NCBI GenBank assembly: GCA_937944885.1
Contig: CALFBB010000030.1
Coordinates: 2,077-66,076, forward strand
Origin: an uncultured cyanobacterium
GTDB taxonomy: Bacteria; Cyanobacteriota; Cyanobacteriia; Thermostichales; Thermostichaceae
Direction of reading: 5' to 3'
DNA: 64,000 nucleotides
This document shows positions 30,370 to 40,837 of the stretch, one piece after another. Made by a program: the position numbers and the translations under genes. Every line of letters starts with the position of its first letter. Positions within the stretch are counted from its first letter, which is position 1. The notes under the pieces are model-generated. The model was not told the DNA's origin, searched no databases, and was given only the letters and a program-made list of their open reading frames with translations.

Positions 30370-30800
30370 GTTGCACAATGCTGGGACGTACCAGCGCCAT
30401 TGGCTTTGCTCGGCAACTCACCCGCGGTTTCAAAATGCTACTGTAGCGTATTGGCAGAGCGTATTGGCAGTTTTCGGGGTATCGAATCCTCTAATCTGCT
30501 GTGCATTCCTGCCGACATTCAATCTTAGAGCGCGGGACTCCTGCTGGTTTAGTCGAACTTGCGCCGCACCCTATTCTCGGCTACCTAGCGCAAAGGCCAG
30601 CCATTGTGGGAGCGGTCAATCAATGCGCAAGGCTTGACAGAGTAGCCCCAGCCCCCACCCGTTCCGGTCGATGACGCTTCTGGGGCGGGATCCACTTCGG
30701 GATCACCTCCAAACTGACAGACCGAATCAGCACTGTTGCCGGGATCCCTTCCGCCGCCGTGACAATGTTCAGGTAGTGGTAAATACCTACAGATCAAGCT
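30370..30800 (-). pseudogene. Degraded 3-methyladenine DNA glycosylase (MPG/AAG family)
   Basis: My minus-strand translation across frames gives GIYHYLNIVTAAEGIPATVLIRS...RVGAG / LCQALRI[4-bp ATTG duplication]DRSHNGWPL / PRIG / WRWYV, the motifs of MPG in order. Frameshifts and stops; boundaries approximate. Confidence 0.75.
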
Positions 30801-30852
30801 TTCGAGGCCGGGTTGTAACCAGCCACTCTCTCTTCTGGCAATGGGGGGAGTT

Positions 30853-31050
30853 TCACTGCCACAGGGGTTGCCATTGGATTGATGCTGTGCTGAAGGTAGA
30901 GCGGATGGCTGCCACAGCATGCAACAGCATCTCAGCTGCCTGCTCCACCTCTGTATCCGTAGTGAACTTACCCACTCCTATCCGTAATGCCCCCTCAACT
31001 GCGGGGATCGGGCCTCCTTGGGTCAGATCCCTGGGTAAGCTGAGGTAACA
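30853..31050 (-). pseudogene. C-terminal remnant of an IscS/NifS/DndA-type cysteine desulfurase
   Basis: VEGALRIGVGKFTTDTEVEQAAEMLLHAV (30898-30999) matches the terminal strand-helix of group I cysteine desulfurases; the rest of the gene is absent. Confidence 0.7.
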
Positions 31051-31076
31051 GGCAGATCTACCCCAGGAGCAAACTG

Positions 31077-33293
31077 ATGATCTCCAATGCCGTCCAGGCA
31101 AGCAAAGAGGCACTGCGGCAGGGTCGTTGTCAAGAAGCTGTTCAACTTCTGGAAGACTACTTGGCTCGGTCGGCAGACCTACCGGATAGTGAAACCGCAG
31201 AAGCCAAAATGAACCTGGTACGGGCCTACCATCAATTGGGCCTGATGCAAAAGGCCCACACTCTCTGCCGAGAATTGCTGCAACACCCCAACCCCCAGGT
31301 ACAAGGTTGGGCGCAAAAAATACTCGCCCGTCTGGGAGAAAAGATCTCAAGTCGGTCCTTCAATCCTTCACCAGCTCAAGTTGCCCAAAAGCCTGCTGCT
31401 CCTTCACTTGTTGTGGAGTCAGCGCCTAAAACTCGAGCCAGCGTGGGATCCCCGTCCACGCGTCAGCGGGCTACCCAGCTGGGGATGAAACTTCCCTTAC
31501 CGGATCGGGCCGGTCCTTTGCGCTGGGCCAGGTGGGGATCCCTGCTGGTGGCCATAGCGCTGTTGTGGTGGGTTTGCTTTGCGCTGGTGGGGAGACAACT
31601 GGATTTCAGTCGCTTGAGCTTTCCACGTCAACTGTCTTGGTTACGGTGGCTGCTGCCTTGGCTGCGCATCAGCTTACAGATGTTGGTGTCCGGCAGCTTT
31701 GTGATCAACCTAGGGGTGGGTATTTTGTTTTTTGCCCCCTGGCTGATGGATCAATTGCACCGGCGGCTGCACCGATTGCGCTGGGCCAGCCTGGGAGAGA
31801 TCGAGCGCTACAGCCCCGAAACCACCCGCCTCCTGCAGCGTATCTGTGGTCAGAAGCAACTGAAACAACCTCGCTTGGGGATTATCCCCAATGCCGGCCC
31901 CTTGGCTTTTGTCTACGGCACATTCCCCGATCACGCTCGCATTGTGGTTACCCAGGGGCTGTTGGATCAGCTTTCTGAAGATGAAATTGCTGCGGTCTAT
32001 GGGCAAGCCTTGGGGCGGGTTATCCATGGGGATGCGCTGGTGATGACCCTGCTGGGATCCCCGCTGCAACTGATTTACTTGGCTCTGGAGCAGGTGAGCC
32101 AACTGGGGGAAGGGCGAGGCAAGAGCCGGCGCAAAGACCTCATTGGCCATGTAGCTCCACTGCTTTACTTGCTCTATACAGTTTTGTCTTATCCACTCTT
32201 TTTTTTGTGCCGCCTGGGAACCTATCACGCTGACCACTTTGCAGTTGAGGTCACCGGCAATCCCAATGGGTTGATCGCTGCTTTGCTCAAAAGTGCTGAA
32301 GGTCTGCAGGAGGCCCACAAAAATGACCAACGGCCTGCCTCCCTGTTGCACTGTACTCGTCTATTTGCACTGCTGGATTTCAAAACAACAACGGCTGCCG
32401 GTGCAGCAAACCGGGTTCTAGGGAATCCAGAAGCTCAGGGTCTGGTGAACCCAGAGCAAGTGGGGCAAGTATTTCTCTGGGATCAGTACAATCCTTGGGC
32501 ACGGTGGATGCAGGCCAACTCCAGCCATCCATTGGCGGGGCATCGGTTTAAGGTTCTGGCCGGGTACGCAGAACGGTTGCGGCTGCCCCTGGAGCTGCGA
32601 CTGGGATCCCAAGCCAGCCTGGATGCAGACCGCCTCAAAGGCCGATTTGTTTGGGATCTGGCCACTTATGCTGCTGAGGTGGTGGGAATGGTGATGGGCT
32701 GGCTGGCGGGGTTGATTTTGTACTTGCTGATGCAAAATCGCTGGGATCCCAAAGTGATCTTGGCAGCAGCAATTGTTGGCTATGGGGTTGGGTTGTGGGC
32801 CAAGGCCGGCTTGATGTACCAGCACACCCCCGAGGTTCGACCTACGGATGTCCTGAGTTTGGTTGCCGATCCCTACGCCGATCCTTGCCGGGGTGAGTGG
32901 GTGGAGTTGGAAGGAGAATTGGTGGGGCTAGGGCCCTCCGGCTACCAATTGGGGGCAGAACTGAAGCTACAAGACGCAACGGGGTTAATGCCGGTGCGCT
33001 TTACCTCCCCACTGGGACCGGTGGGCAACCTGTTTTCCCGCCTAAAACATATTCGTACCCTCATGGGCAAGCGGGTCAAGGTGGTGGGTTGGTTTCGCCG
33101 CGGTAACACCGCTTGGCTGGATCTGGCCTACGTACAAGTGGGATCCACAAAAATACACAGCCGCCCTCGTCTGTGGCTGATCCTCTTCGGAGCAGGGGTG
33201 GTTTTGTTCGGGATCTGGGGGTCGTTTTATTTTCCCAACTTAGCCTTCCATCTGCGGCGGCGGCGGCAGCCCCAGCAGTTTTGGTTCGGCTAG
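31077..33293 (+). CDS. TPR + M48 (HtpX-like) membrane protein, zinc ligands degenerate
   Basis: N-terminal TPR; PLAFVYG...RIVVTQGL...DEIAAVY; ADHFA; SHP motif; C-terminal OB-like region. HExxH position reads QALGR. Confidence 0.8.
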   Translation: MISNAVQASKEALRQGRCQEAVQLLEDYLARSADLPDSETAEAKMNLVRAYHQLGLMQKAHTLCRELLQHPNPQVQGWAQKILARLGEKISSRSFNPSPAQVAQKPAAPSLVVESAPKTRASVGSPSTRQRATQLGMKLPLPDRAGPLRWARWGSLLVAIALLWWVCFALVGRQLDFSRLSFPRQLSWLRWLLPWLRISLQMLVSGSFVINLGVGILFFAPWLMDQLHRRLHRLRWASLGEIERYSPETTRLLQRICGQKQLKQPRLGIIPNAGPLAFVYGTFPDHARIVVTQGLLDQLSEDEIAAVYGQALGRVIHGDALVMTLLGSPLQLIYLALEQVSQLGEGRGKSRRKDLIGHVAPLLYLLYTVLSYPLFFLCRLGTYHADHFAVEVTGNPNGLIAALLKSAEGLQEAHKNDQRPASLLHCTRLFALLDFKTTTAAGAANRVLGNPEAQGLVNPEQVGQVFLWDQYNPWARWMQANSSHPLAGHRFKVLAGYAERLRLPLELRLGSQASLDADRLKGRFVWDLATYAAEVVGMVMGWLAGLILYLLMQNRWDPKVILAAAIVGYGVGLWAKAGLMYQHTPEVRPTDVLSLVADPYADPCRGEWVELEGELVGLGPSGYQLGAELKLQDATGLMPVRFTSPLGPVGNLFSRLKHIRTLMGKRVKVVGWFRRGNTAWLDLAYVQVGSTKIHSRPRLWLILFGAGVVLFGIWGSFYFPNLAFHLRRRRQPQQFWFG

Positions 33294-33304
33294 ACCCCGA
33301 AAAG

Positions 33305-35122
33305 TTAGCGGCGGGAGGGGGTGAGTTGGGCTTTGCGCAGCCGCACCGATTGGGGAGTGATTTCCACCAGTTCATCCTCACCGATGTATTCCAGAGCCCG
33401 CTCCAAATTCATATCTACCGGGGCTTGCAGATGCACCAGTTCTTCTCCGCCAGCCGCCCGGTGGTTGGTTAACTGCTTGGTTTTGCAGACGTTTAACTCC
33501 AGATCTTGGGGGCGATTGTGCTCTCCCACCACCATGCCTTTGTAGACACGGGTACCCGGTGAAATGAAAAACACCCCCCGATCCTCGGCATTTTTGAGGG
33601 CATAGCTGGTGGCTACCCCTTCTTCAAAAGCAACCAGCACCCCGTTGCGGCGCATCTCCAATTCAGCTGTGAGGGGACGATACTCCAAAAAGCTGTGGCT
33701 CATGATCCCTTCGCCCCGCGTGATGCGGATAAACTCACCTCGGAAGCCGATCAACCCCCGCGCCGGGATAACAAATTCCAATTGGGCCCGGCCATCGGAG
33801 CCCACCATCATATTCTGCATCTCCCCTCGTCGTTGTCCTAGTCGTTCGATGCAGGCGCCCATGGTTGACTCCGGTACATCCAACACCAAACATTCATAGG
33901 GCTCATAGGGTTGGCCGTTCACCTCCCGGAAAATCACCCGTGGCTGCCCCACCTGAAACTCATAACCTTCCCGTCGCATGGTTTCCAGGAGAATGCCTAA
34001 GTGCAGTTCACCCCGACCCGACACCAAAAAGCGATCCGGAGAGTCGGTTTCCTCCACCCGCAGGGCAACATTGGTCTCCAACTCCCGCATCAGTCGCTCC
34101 CGCAATTGCCGCGAAGTAACAAAAGTACCCTCCTGACCCGCAAAGGGAGAATCGTTGACACAGATCATCACCTGCAAGGTCGGTTCATCCACCTTGATTA
34201 GAGGCAGAGCTTGGGGATTATCCGGGGTGGTAAGGGTATGGCCGATGTTGGCCTCGGCAAATCCGGCCACCGCAACAATGTTTCCAGCCGTGGCTTCGGT
34301 TAGCTCAATCCGCTGCAAGCCCTGAAAGCCAAACAACTTGGTGACTTTGCCTTTGACGATCTTGCCCTCTTCTTTCACCAAGGCCAGTTGTTCCCCCAAA
34401 CGAATAGTGCCGTTGTGGATTTTGCCGATCACAATTCGGCCTAGGTACTCCGAGTACTCCAAGGTGGTAACTTGCAGCTGCAGTGGCTTGCCGGGATCCC
34501 CAATCGGAGGGGGGACATGCTTGAGGATCCCGTCAAAAAGGGGTTTCATGTCCAGAGGACCCTTGTAGTTGCCGGCCAGAAAGTCATTCAGATCGGCTTC
34601 TTCCAAAGCAAAGCCCTGTAACCCGGAGGCAAACAGATAGGGAAAATCACACTGATCTTCGTCTGCACCCAACTCCAAAAACAGATCCAGCACCTTGTCG
34701 ATAGCTTTGTAAGGCTCGGCCCGCGGACGATCGATCTTGTTCACCACCACAATTGGGCGCAACCCCTTCTCCAGAGCTTTGCGCAGCACAAAACGGGTCT
34801 GTGGCATCGGGCCTTCGTTGGCATCCACAATCAGCAAACACCCTTCCACCATGCCCAAGACCCGTTCCACCTCACCCCCAAAGTCAGCGTGGCCGGGAGT
34901 ATCGACAATGTTGATCAAGGTTTCGCCGTAGCGAACCGCCGTGTTTTTGGCCAGGATGGTAATGCCCCGTTCCCGCTCTAGGGTGTTGGAGTCCAGGACA
35001 CAAGTGGGAACCTCCTCTCCCTCCCGAAAGGTGCCCGCTTGCCGCAAAAGGGCGTCCACAAGGGTGGTTTTGCCATGGTCAACGTGGGCAATGATGGCGA
35101 CGTTACGAATGGGGAGTGACAT
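33305..35122 (-). CDS. typA: Translational GTPase TypA/BipA
   Basis: [59 protein letters not shown]. Confidence 0.98.
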   Translation of the reverse strand: MSLPIRNVAIIAHVDHGKTTLVDALLRQAGTFREGEEVPTCVLDSNTLERERGITILAKNTAVRYGETLINIVDTPGHADFGGEVERVLGMVEGCLLIVDANEGPMPQTRFVLRKALEKGLRPIVVVNKIDRPRAEPYKAIDKVLDLFLELGADEDQCDFPYLFASGLQGFALEEADLNDFLAGNYKGPLDMKPLFDGILKHVPPPIGDPGKPLQLQVTTLEYSEYLGRIVIGKIHNGTIRLGEQLALVKEEGKIVKGKVTKLFGFQGLQRIELTEATAGNIVAVAGFAEANIGHTLTTPDNPQALPLIKVDEPTLQVMICVNDSPFAGQEGTFVTSRQLRERLMRELETNVALRVEETDSPDRFLVSGRGELHLGILLETMRREGYEFQVGQPRVIFREVNGQPYEPYECLVLDVPESTMGACIERLGQRRGEMQNMMVGSDGRAQLEFVIPARGLIGFRGEFIRITRGEGIMSHSFLEYRPLTAELEMRRNGVLVAFEEGVATSYALKNAEDRGVFFISPGTRVYKGMVVGEHNRPQDLELNVCKTKQLTNHRAAGGEELVHLQAPVDMNLERALEYIGEDELVEITPQSVRLRKAQLTPSRR

Positions 35123-35447
35123 ATCAATTCAGCCAAAAGAGTTATGAGCTGGGTTGCCGCAGGCATTTCTCCATAACTCTAACGCAAAGGAGCGTTACAT
35201 TGGTCAACACTCTTGGGCAAGCAGGTTTGGCCTTCTGCTCACCATTTTTTAAGGATCACCCTTTGCAAGGATCACTCCCCGCCTCCCAGACAGCTAGCCA
35301 GACAGCTAGGGTTCAGTCTAGCCACATGGCTCTGCTCAGACTCCTTACAAACCCCTACCCAGCAGGAGCCTAGCACATCTTATGAAGTTAACTTAAGTTA
35401 ACCTCCCTAGCCCTTTCTCAGCTCACAACCTCTCCGATAGGGATCCC

Positions 35448-35555
35448 TTACATATCGGCGCCCCGTAGGTAGAGCAGAAGGATCACCGCCGGGCCCGCCA
35501 AAACAATCAGGGCCAGGAGAGCCAGTTGCACAAACACTTCGTATTGTCCGAACAT
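35448..35555 (-). CDS. psb30: Photosystem II reaction centre protein Psb30 (Ycf12), 35 aa, absent from the ORF track
   Basis: My translation: MFGQYEVFVQLALLALIVLAGPAVILLLYLRGADM*, matching the Ycf12 pattern EV..QL..L.LIV.AGP.VI.LL..RG. Confidence 0.9.
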   Translation of the reverse strand: MFGQYEVFVQLALLALIVLAGPAVILLLYLRGADM

Positions 35556-35680
35556 AAACCCAAATCCCACCGCTTACGTTCTGTATCCTAAGGGTAGCTC
35601 CCCACCTCAAATGAGAGAGCTGTTACAATTCTTTAGAATTTTTGTTGGTTGCTCGTGAGTGCTGCTCGGTCAAGGGATCC

Positions 35681-36976
35681 CTAGCGTTCCTGCTGGGCCT
35701 GAAACAGCATTGGATCCAAGTTAAACAGCTCCTGTAAGGTTTGCATAGCAGCCCGCCGTGCTTCAATATCCCGTTTAGCCCGCAACTGCACCATTGGGTC
35801 GTGCAGGATTTTGTTGACAATCCCCCGGGTCAAGGCGTCGATCACCTCCAGGTGTTTTTCGGCAAAGTCTTTTCCTAGGCGGGAGAGAGCTTTCTCCATC
35901 TCCTGCTCACGGATGGATTCCACCTTGTGACGCAGGCTAGAAATAGTGGGCACCGTCTCTAGGGAGCGCCACCATTCCATAAATTGCTCCACTTCTTCCT
36001 CAACTAGGGCTTCAGCTGCCAAGGCCAGCTTTTGTCGCTGAGCCCGGTTTTCCTCCACGATACGGGAGAGGTGATCTACGTTGAATACCTTTGCCCCTTT
36101 CAGCCTCTCCACATCGGGGTCAATGTTGCGCGGCACCGAAATATCCACCATCAGGATGGGTTGATCCGGCTGCAGCACCCCTTCTAGCTGCTGGTAATTC
36201 AGGATCGGCTGAGTGGCGCCAGTGCTGGTGAACACCAGGTTAGATTCCGCCACACTGCTCAGTAGAGCCTCCCAAGGCAACACCTGAATCGGTTGCTCAA
36301 ATTGCTTGACCAGCTCTTCGGCCCGTTCCAGGGAGCGGTTGACCACCGTGATGTCCACAGCTCCCTTGGACAACAGATGCTGCACCAGCAGGCGGGACAT
36401 TTTGCCCGCTCCAATGACGGTGATCTTGCCCTGAGAGAGGGATCCCTGTTCTTGGAGGGCCAACTCTACAGCAGCAGAGCTAATGGACATGGCGCCGGTA
36501 CCGATCTCCGTTTCGGTGCGGATGCGCTTACCGGCAGTGATAGCAGCCTTGAACAAACGATTGAGGATGCGGTCCATGCCTTTGCAGGCTTGCCCCAGTT
36601 GCTGGGCTTTCTTCACCTGTGAGAGGATCTGCCCTTCTCCCAATACCAAGCTATCTAGCCCAGCAGCCACTCGCATCAGGTGCATAGCCGCATCCTGGTA
36701 GATGAGGGTGAACAGATGAGGGCGCAGTTGGGGCAACGGGATCCCCTTGGATTCGGCCAAAAACTGCATCGTTTGCCCTACACCACTCTCGATTTCTCGA
36801 GTAACGATGTAAACCTCCAGGCGATTACAGGTACTGAGGATTGCAGCTTCCTCAATCTGAGGATAGGCGCAAAGCTTCTGGATCGTCTCTCCCACCTCCG
36901 GCTCAGGGATGCTGAGCCGCTCACGAATCTCTACAGGAGCTGTGCGATGGCTAAGACCGACAACCGCGATAAACAT
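35681..36976 (-). CDS. hemA: Glutamyl-tRNA reductase
   Basis: [51 protein letters not shown]. Confidence 0.98.
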   Translation of the reverse strand: MFIAVVGLSHRTAPVEIRERLSIPEPEVGETIQKLCAYPQIEEAAILSTCNRLEVYIVTREIESGVGQTMQFLAESKGIPLPQLRPHLFTLIYQDAAMHLMRVAAGLDSLVLGEGQILSQVKKAQQLGQACKGMDRILNRLFKAAITAGKRIRTETEIGTGAMSISSAAVELALQEQGSLSQGKITVIGAGKMSRLLVQHLLSKGAVDITVVNRSLERAEELVKQFEQPIQVLPWEALLSSVAESNLVFTSTGATQPILNYQQLEGVLQPDQPILMVDISVPRNIDPDVERLKGAKVFNVDHLSRIVEENRAQRQKLALAAEALVEEEVEQFMEWWRSLETVPTISSLRHKVESIREQEMEKALSRLGKDFAEKHLEVIDALTRGIVNKILHDPMVQLRAKRDIEARRAAMQTLQELFNLDPMLFQAQQER

Positions 36977-37261
36977 GCCTCTCCGTCGTCTCTACTGCAA
37001 AAAGTAAGTTACTAAAAACAATAACCCTGAACAAAAGCAAATGTTCTTTCAGATCTGAGAGCTCTGAGAGCAAGGCTGGGACCGCTGGGGAGGAAACCCC
37101 TTTGCCCAAGTCAAGCAAGGTTAGGTAACTTTTCTCAGCCTACCTAAACCCTAAGACCAGTATCGAGCCGGTTTTGCAGGATTTTGCTGAAGAGTTATTA
37201 CGTTTTTTCCCGACCCAACTCGATAGATTTCGTAATCTACTCAACTCGATACAGAGAAAGG

Positions 37262-37290
37262 AGGCGGCTTTCCTCTGGGGAAGGCCGCCT
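37262..37290 (-). terminator. Stem-loop downstream of glpX
   Basis: AGGCGGCTTTCC/GGAAGGCCGCCT stem; on the minus strand it is followed by CCTTTCTCT; 27 bp past the glpX stop. Confidence 0.6.
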
Positions 37291-37317
37291 ACGCAGTTGA
37301 TAGCTACATTTGCAGAC

Positions 37318-38358
37318 CTAACGCAGTTGCAAGCCGCGTGGCTGGCCATCTTTCATGTGGATGGTATCCACGAAGCGCACAGTGCGGGATTGGCTGGAGA
37401 TAATCAAGGACTCTGTGCGGGCACCGCCGCCGAAGAAACGCACCCCCCTCATTAAATCCCCATCGGTGATCCCGGTGGCAGCAAACAGCACTTCTTTACC
37501 GCTGGCCAGCTCTTCGCATTCCCAAACTTTGTCGGGATCCTCGATGCCCTTCTCTTTTAGCTCTCGCCGGGTTTCCTCCACCGGGGGCAGATAGGTACCG
37601 GCTTGCACCACTTCCGGATCATAAATCAGCCGCCCCTGGAAGTGAGCTCCCAAACAACGCAAAGCTGCTGCCGAAATCACCCCTTCCGGAGCTGCCCCAA
37701 TGCCCATCAGGGCATGGATACCGGTGCCGTTGAAGCCGGCTGAGAGGGCCGCCGAAATATCCCCATCTGAGATCAGCTTCACCCGCGCACCTGCAGCCCG
37801 AATGGCTTGAATGAGATCGGTGTGGCGCTTGCGATCCATGACGATCACCGTCAGCTCAGAAACCTCCCGATCCAAGCTTTCAGCGATGATTTGTAAGTTC
37901 TTCTCCGGCGGGTAGTCGATGTGGACTTTACCCTTGGCCTGGGGAGGAGCTGCCAACTTTTGCATGTAGATGTCTGGAGCATGGAGGAGACCCCCCTTTT
38001 CGGAAATGGCCAGCACCGCCATAGAGCCGTTTTGTCCCTTAGCCACCAGATTGGTCCCTTCGCAGGGATCCACTGCAATGTCGATTTCCACTAGCTCCTC
38101 AACACGGCAGAACTGGTCAGCATCTGGGCGGGTACAAATACCTACTTCTTCACCAATGTAGAGCATGGGTGCTTCGTCGCGGGTGCCCTCGCCAATGACA
38201 ATCCGCCCGCGCATCAGGATCTGATTCATCTTTTCCCGCATCGCTTCCACAGCGACCTGGTCAGCAGTTTTGTTGTCTCCCTTTCCCATCCAGCGGGCAG
38301 CGGCAATAGCTGCCTGCTCCACAACCTCAATAATTTCCAGACCCAACTTGTTGTCCAC
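37318..38358 (-). CDS. glpX: Class II fructose-1,6-/sedoheptulose-1,7-bisphosphatase
   Basis: [60 protein letters not shown]. Confidence 0.98.
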   Translation of the reverse strand: MDNKLGLEIIEVVEQAAIAAARWMGKGDNKTADQVAVEAMREKMNQILMRGRIVIGEGTRDEAPMLYIGEEVGICTRPDADQFCRVEELVEIDIAVDPCEGTNLVAKGQNGSMAVLAISEKGGLLHAPDIYMQKLAAPPQAKGKVHIDYPPEKNLQIIAESLDREVSELTVIVMDRKRHTDLIQAIRAAGARVKLISDGDISAALSAGFNGTGIHALMGIGAAPEGVISAAALRCLGAHFQGRLIYDPEVVQAGTYLPPVEETRRELKEKGIEDPDKVWECEELASGKEVLFAATGITDGDLMRGVRFFGGGARTESLIISSQSRTVRFVDTIHMKDGQPRGLQLR

Positions 38359-38616
38359 GGCGCGCTCCCTTGGTGATGTTGGAATGATTAAGACTAAATT
38401 AAGGATGACTTCAAATTGTTCTTCTTAGTCTACCAGGGGAGGCTTCCTCTCGGGAGTCGATTTTCTAGACAGAAATAATTTGAGGGAAGGAACAGCTCAA
38501 AGTCAAGCAGCAAAAGCGATCCCCGTCTTGGCCTGCTGCTATTGTCGCTCGGGGATCGGGGGTGATACCCTGCTTAAAGGCAATAGGTTTTTCTTAACCC
38601 CATTAAAAAAAGCGCA

Positions 38617-38898
38617 ATGAAAAGATACGCCTTCATCAATGGTTCCGGCCAAGTTCAGGTAATTCGAACGATCCCTGGCCACTGGGAGCGTACCCTCTTC
38701 CCCGGTCAGCATGCCACTTTTGAGGCGGAGCCCGACGACTATCTGGAGATCTATAGCTGCTCGTGTTGTACCACCCTTTTGGAGGAACGGCGGCCCTGCC
38801 ACTGCCTGTTGGATTCTGCCGAGCCTGAGGCTGAACAGAGTTCCTACCGGTGGCTGCCACCTGAACTGGGGATCTTGCCAGACGCGGTGAGCGGCTAG
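38617..38898 (+). CDS. DUF1830 domain protein
   Basis: INGSGQVQVIR...WERTLFPGQ...FEAEP...LEIY pattern. Confidence 0.7.
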   Translation: MKRYAFINGSGQVQVIRTIPGHWERTLFPGQHATFEAEPDDYLEIYSCSCCTTLLEERRPCHCLLDSAEPEAEQSSYRWLPPELGILPDAVSG

Positions 38899-38952
38899 AG
38901 GGTTGAAACCGGGGATCGTCCGTCCTGAGCTTGATCCCCGGCTCTAGTGGCT

Positions 38953-39171
38953 CTATTCACCGGATTCTGCCGAGACTTCATCGGGAAGACGGGTCAGGCA
39001 ACTCCCCCGCGGTGCGTTGCGAAAGGTGTCGATGCGTTCAATGCAATTGCAAAAGCCACAGTAAGGGCAGTAGAGGTGATCTCCTGGCTGTGGATCTACG
39101 TCTGCTTGGCTCCACCAACGCTGACAGCGATCGCAACAGAAGTGATAGAGAAACTCTAGAGCTACCCTCAT
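38953..39171 (-). CDS. Small zinc-ribbon protein
   Basis: LYHFCCDRCQRWWS...CPYCG: two CxxC pairs in 72 aa. Confidence 0.7.
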   Translation of the reverse strand: MRVALEFLYHFCCDRCQRWWSQADVDPQPGDHLYCPYCGFCNCIERIDTFRNAPRGSCLTRLPDEVSAESGE

Positions 39172-39372
39172 GGCGACAGCATCTCTGGTTGAAAAGTGGG
39201 AAAAGCTAGATTGGTGCAGCTTGGCCTGTTTTGCTCAGGGCTAGAGGTAACTTCACCTTCAAGGACAGATCCTGCCTCCATCCTCAGGCTGATGTTCTAG
39301 CGCCTGACTCCCCTCTTGTGCGGAGGGTGATGGGTTTGGATTGTGAGGGATCCTCTCTTGCCGGTAAGACAA

Positions 39373-39395
39373 ACTCATTATGAGTATGGTATATT
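39373..39395 (+). promoter_or_regulatory. Inverted repeat ACTCAT-T-ATGAGT abutting an extended -10 (TGgTATATT) upstream of the peroxiredoxin
   Basis: Perfect 6-1-6 inverted repeat at 39373-39385; TGN-TATATT at 39387-39395; ATG 50 bp downstream. Confidence 0.45.
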
Positions 39396-39444
39396 AAGTT
39401 TGGTTTAGATTCCTACGTCACTCTACTACAAGGAGCTTTGACTT

Positions 39445-40047
39445 ATGTCTCAGGAAGGATGTCTGCGCGTCGGCCAGCCTGCCCCGGATTTCTCTGCTAC
39501 TGCCGTCTATGACATGGAATTCAAGACGGTCAAGCTCTCTGACTACAAGGGCAAAAAGTATGTGGTGTTGTTCTTCTATCCTTTGGACTTCACCTTTGTC
39601 TGCCCGACTGAGATTACCGCTTTTAGCGACCGCTACGAGGACTTTGCCAAGCTAGACACCGAGATCCTGGGTGTTTCTGTGGACAGTGAGTACTCTCACT
39701 TGGCCTGGACTCAAACTGACCGCAAAGCTGGGGGTGTGGGTGAGCTCAAGTACCCGCTGGTGTCTGACCTGAAAAAAGAGATCAGTGCTGCCTACAATGT
39801 TTTGGATCCGGAGGCTGGCGTAGCTTTGCGGGGGCTGTTCATCATTGACAAAGAGGGGATTATTCAGCACGCTACCATCAACAATCTTGCCTTTGGTCGC
39901 AGTGTGGATGAAACTTTGCGCACTTTGCAAGCTATTCAGTACGTGCAAACCCACCCGGATGAAGTTTGCCCTGCCAACTGGCAACCCGGTCAGAAGACCA
40001 TGAAGCCTGACCCAGTCAAATCTAAGGAGTTCTTCGCCGCTGTCTAG
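39445..40047 (+). CDS. 2-Cys peroxiredoxin (AhpC/TSA)
   Basis: [14 protein letters not shown] (peroxidatic Cys), GGVG, EVCPANW (resolving Cys). Confidence 0.97.
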   Translation: MSQEGCLRVGQPAPDFSATAVYDMEFKTVKLSDYKGKKYVVLFFYPLDFTFVCPTEITAFSDRYEDFAKLDTEILGVSVDSEYSHLAWTQTDRKAGGVGELKYPLVSDLKKEISAAYNVLDPEAGVALRGLFIIDKEGIIQHATINNLAFGRSVDETLRTLQAIQYVQTHPDEVCPANWQPGQKTMKPDPVKSKEFFAAV

Positions 40048-40093
40048 TCTGGAGTCTCAGGAGATCTTGGGATCCCTGACACCTCTGAGCTTG

Positions 40094-40126
40094 GCTCCGG
40101 CTCTGGGTGGGCTGGAGCTTTTTTTT
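40094..40126 (+). terminator. Rho-independent terminator after the peroxiredoxin
   Basis: GCTCCGGCTC/GGGCTGGAGC stem followed by a T8 run. Confidence 0.75.
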
Positions 40127-40217
40127 AGCACTCTGGGGGGCCATGCGGTCAGCAAAAATCCCCCAGCTTAGCCGGGGGAAGGACAGCAGCAAAGGAAACC
40201 AGAGCTAGAGGTGGGGG

Positions 40218-40652
40218 TTAATCCCAGGGTTTGCCGTCAGTGAACTTGTAGCTGACTGGCTCTTTGTTTTTGCCAATGTTGTGATCCACCTTGCCGACGG
40301 TGTCTCGACCTTCATTGACTTTTTCTGGGAAAACGCCATCTTTAGGGTGCACCAATACCGGCTCCCCACCTGCTGGAATGCGGAAAATCTGGTAGTCCTT
40401 GATTTTGAAATCGGAAATCAATTGAGCCCCTAGAGCTAGGCACTGTTCTTTGCGAGCAAAGGTGAGGAAGTTTTTGCCCTCCACCATTTCAGCGGCACCG
40501 CCTGTAGGCATTTCAAAGACTTGCCCAGCCTTGCCTGTCCAGGTAATCACGTATTTTTCTTCGGTTTCGGCTGCGCTCAACAGCCCTCCGGTAGAGCCTC
40601 CGAATAGGGGCAACTTTGCTCCCTGACGGGGATCGCCTTCCATCACAGCCAT
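40218..40652 (-). CDS. psaD: Photosystem I subunit II
   Basis: [57 protein letters not shown]. Confidence 0.98.
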   Translation of the reverse strand: MAVMEGDPRQGAKLPLFGGSTGGLLSAAETEEKYVITWTGKAGQVFEMPTGGAAEMVEGKNFLTFARKEQCLALGAQLISDFKIKDYQIFRIPAGGEPVLVHPKDGVFPEKVNEGRDTVGKVDHNIGKNKEPVSYKFTDGKPWD

Positions 40653-40837
40653 AGCCTACCTTTTTGTTGTTGTTTGCGTTGCCCGAGCCAGGTTTGGGTG
40701 GTGGCCCGAAGCACTTTGAATCTACCACCGACCTGATTTTTGACCCCAGGTCTGCCTGAGAACTGTAATCTTTCGTAGCAGATTCATGCTGCTGTGAGGG
40801 GGATCCCGGCAGGCTTGGTGAGTCAGTATGGGAACAG

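Noticed and set aside
33893-33911. Near-tandem TCATAGGG repeat inside typA
   Set aside because: Imperfect; encodes PYEPYE in a conserved region, so not counted among the duplications.
40762-40779. HLR1 (RpaB)-like direct repeat upstream of psaD
   Set aside because: Biologically plausible but two mismatches in each half-site; too weak to call.
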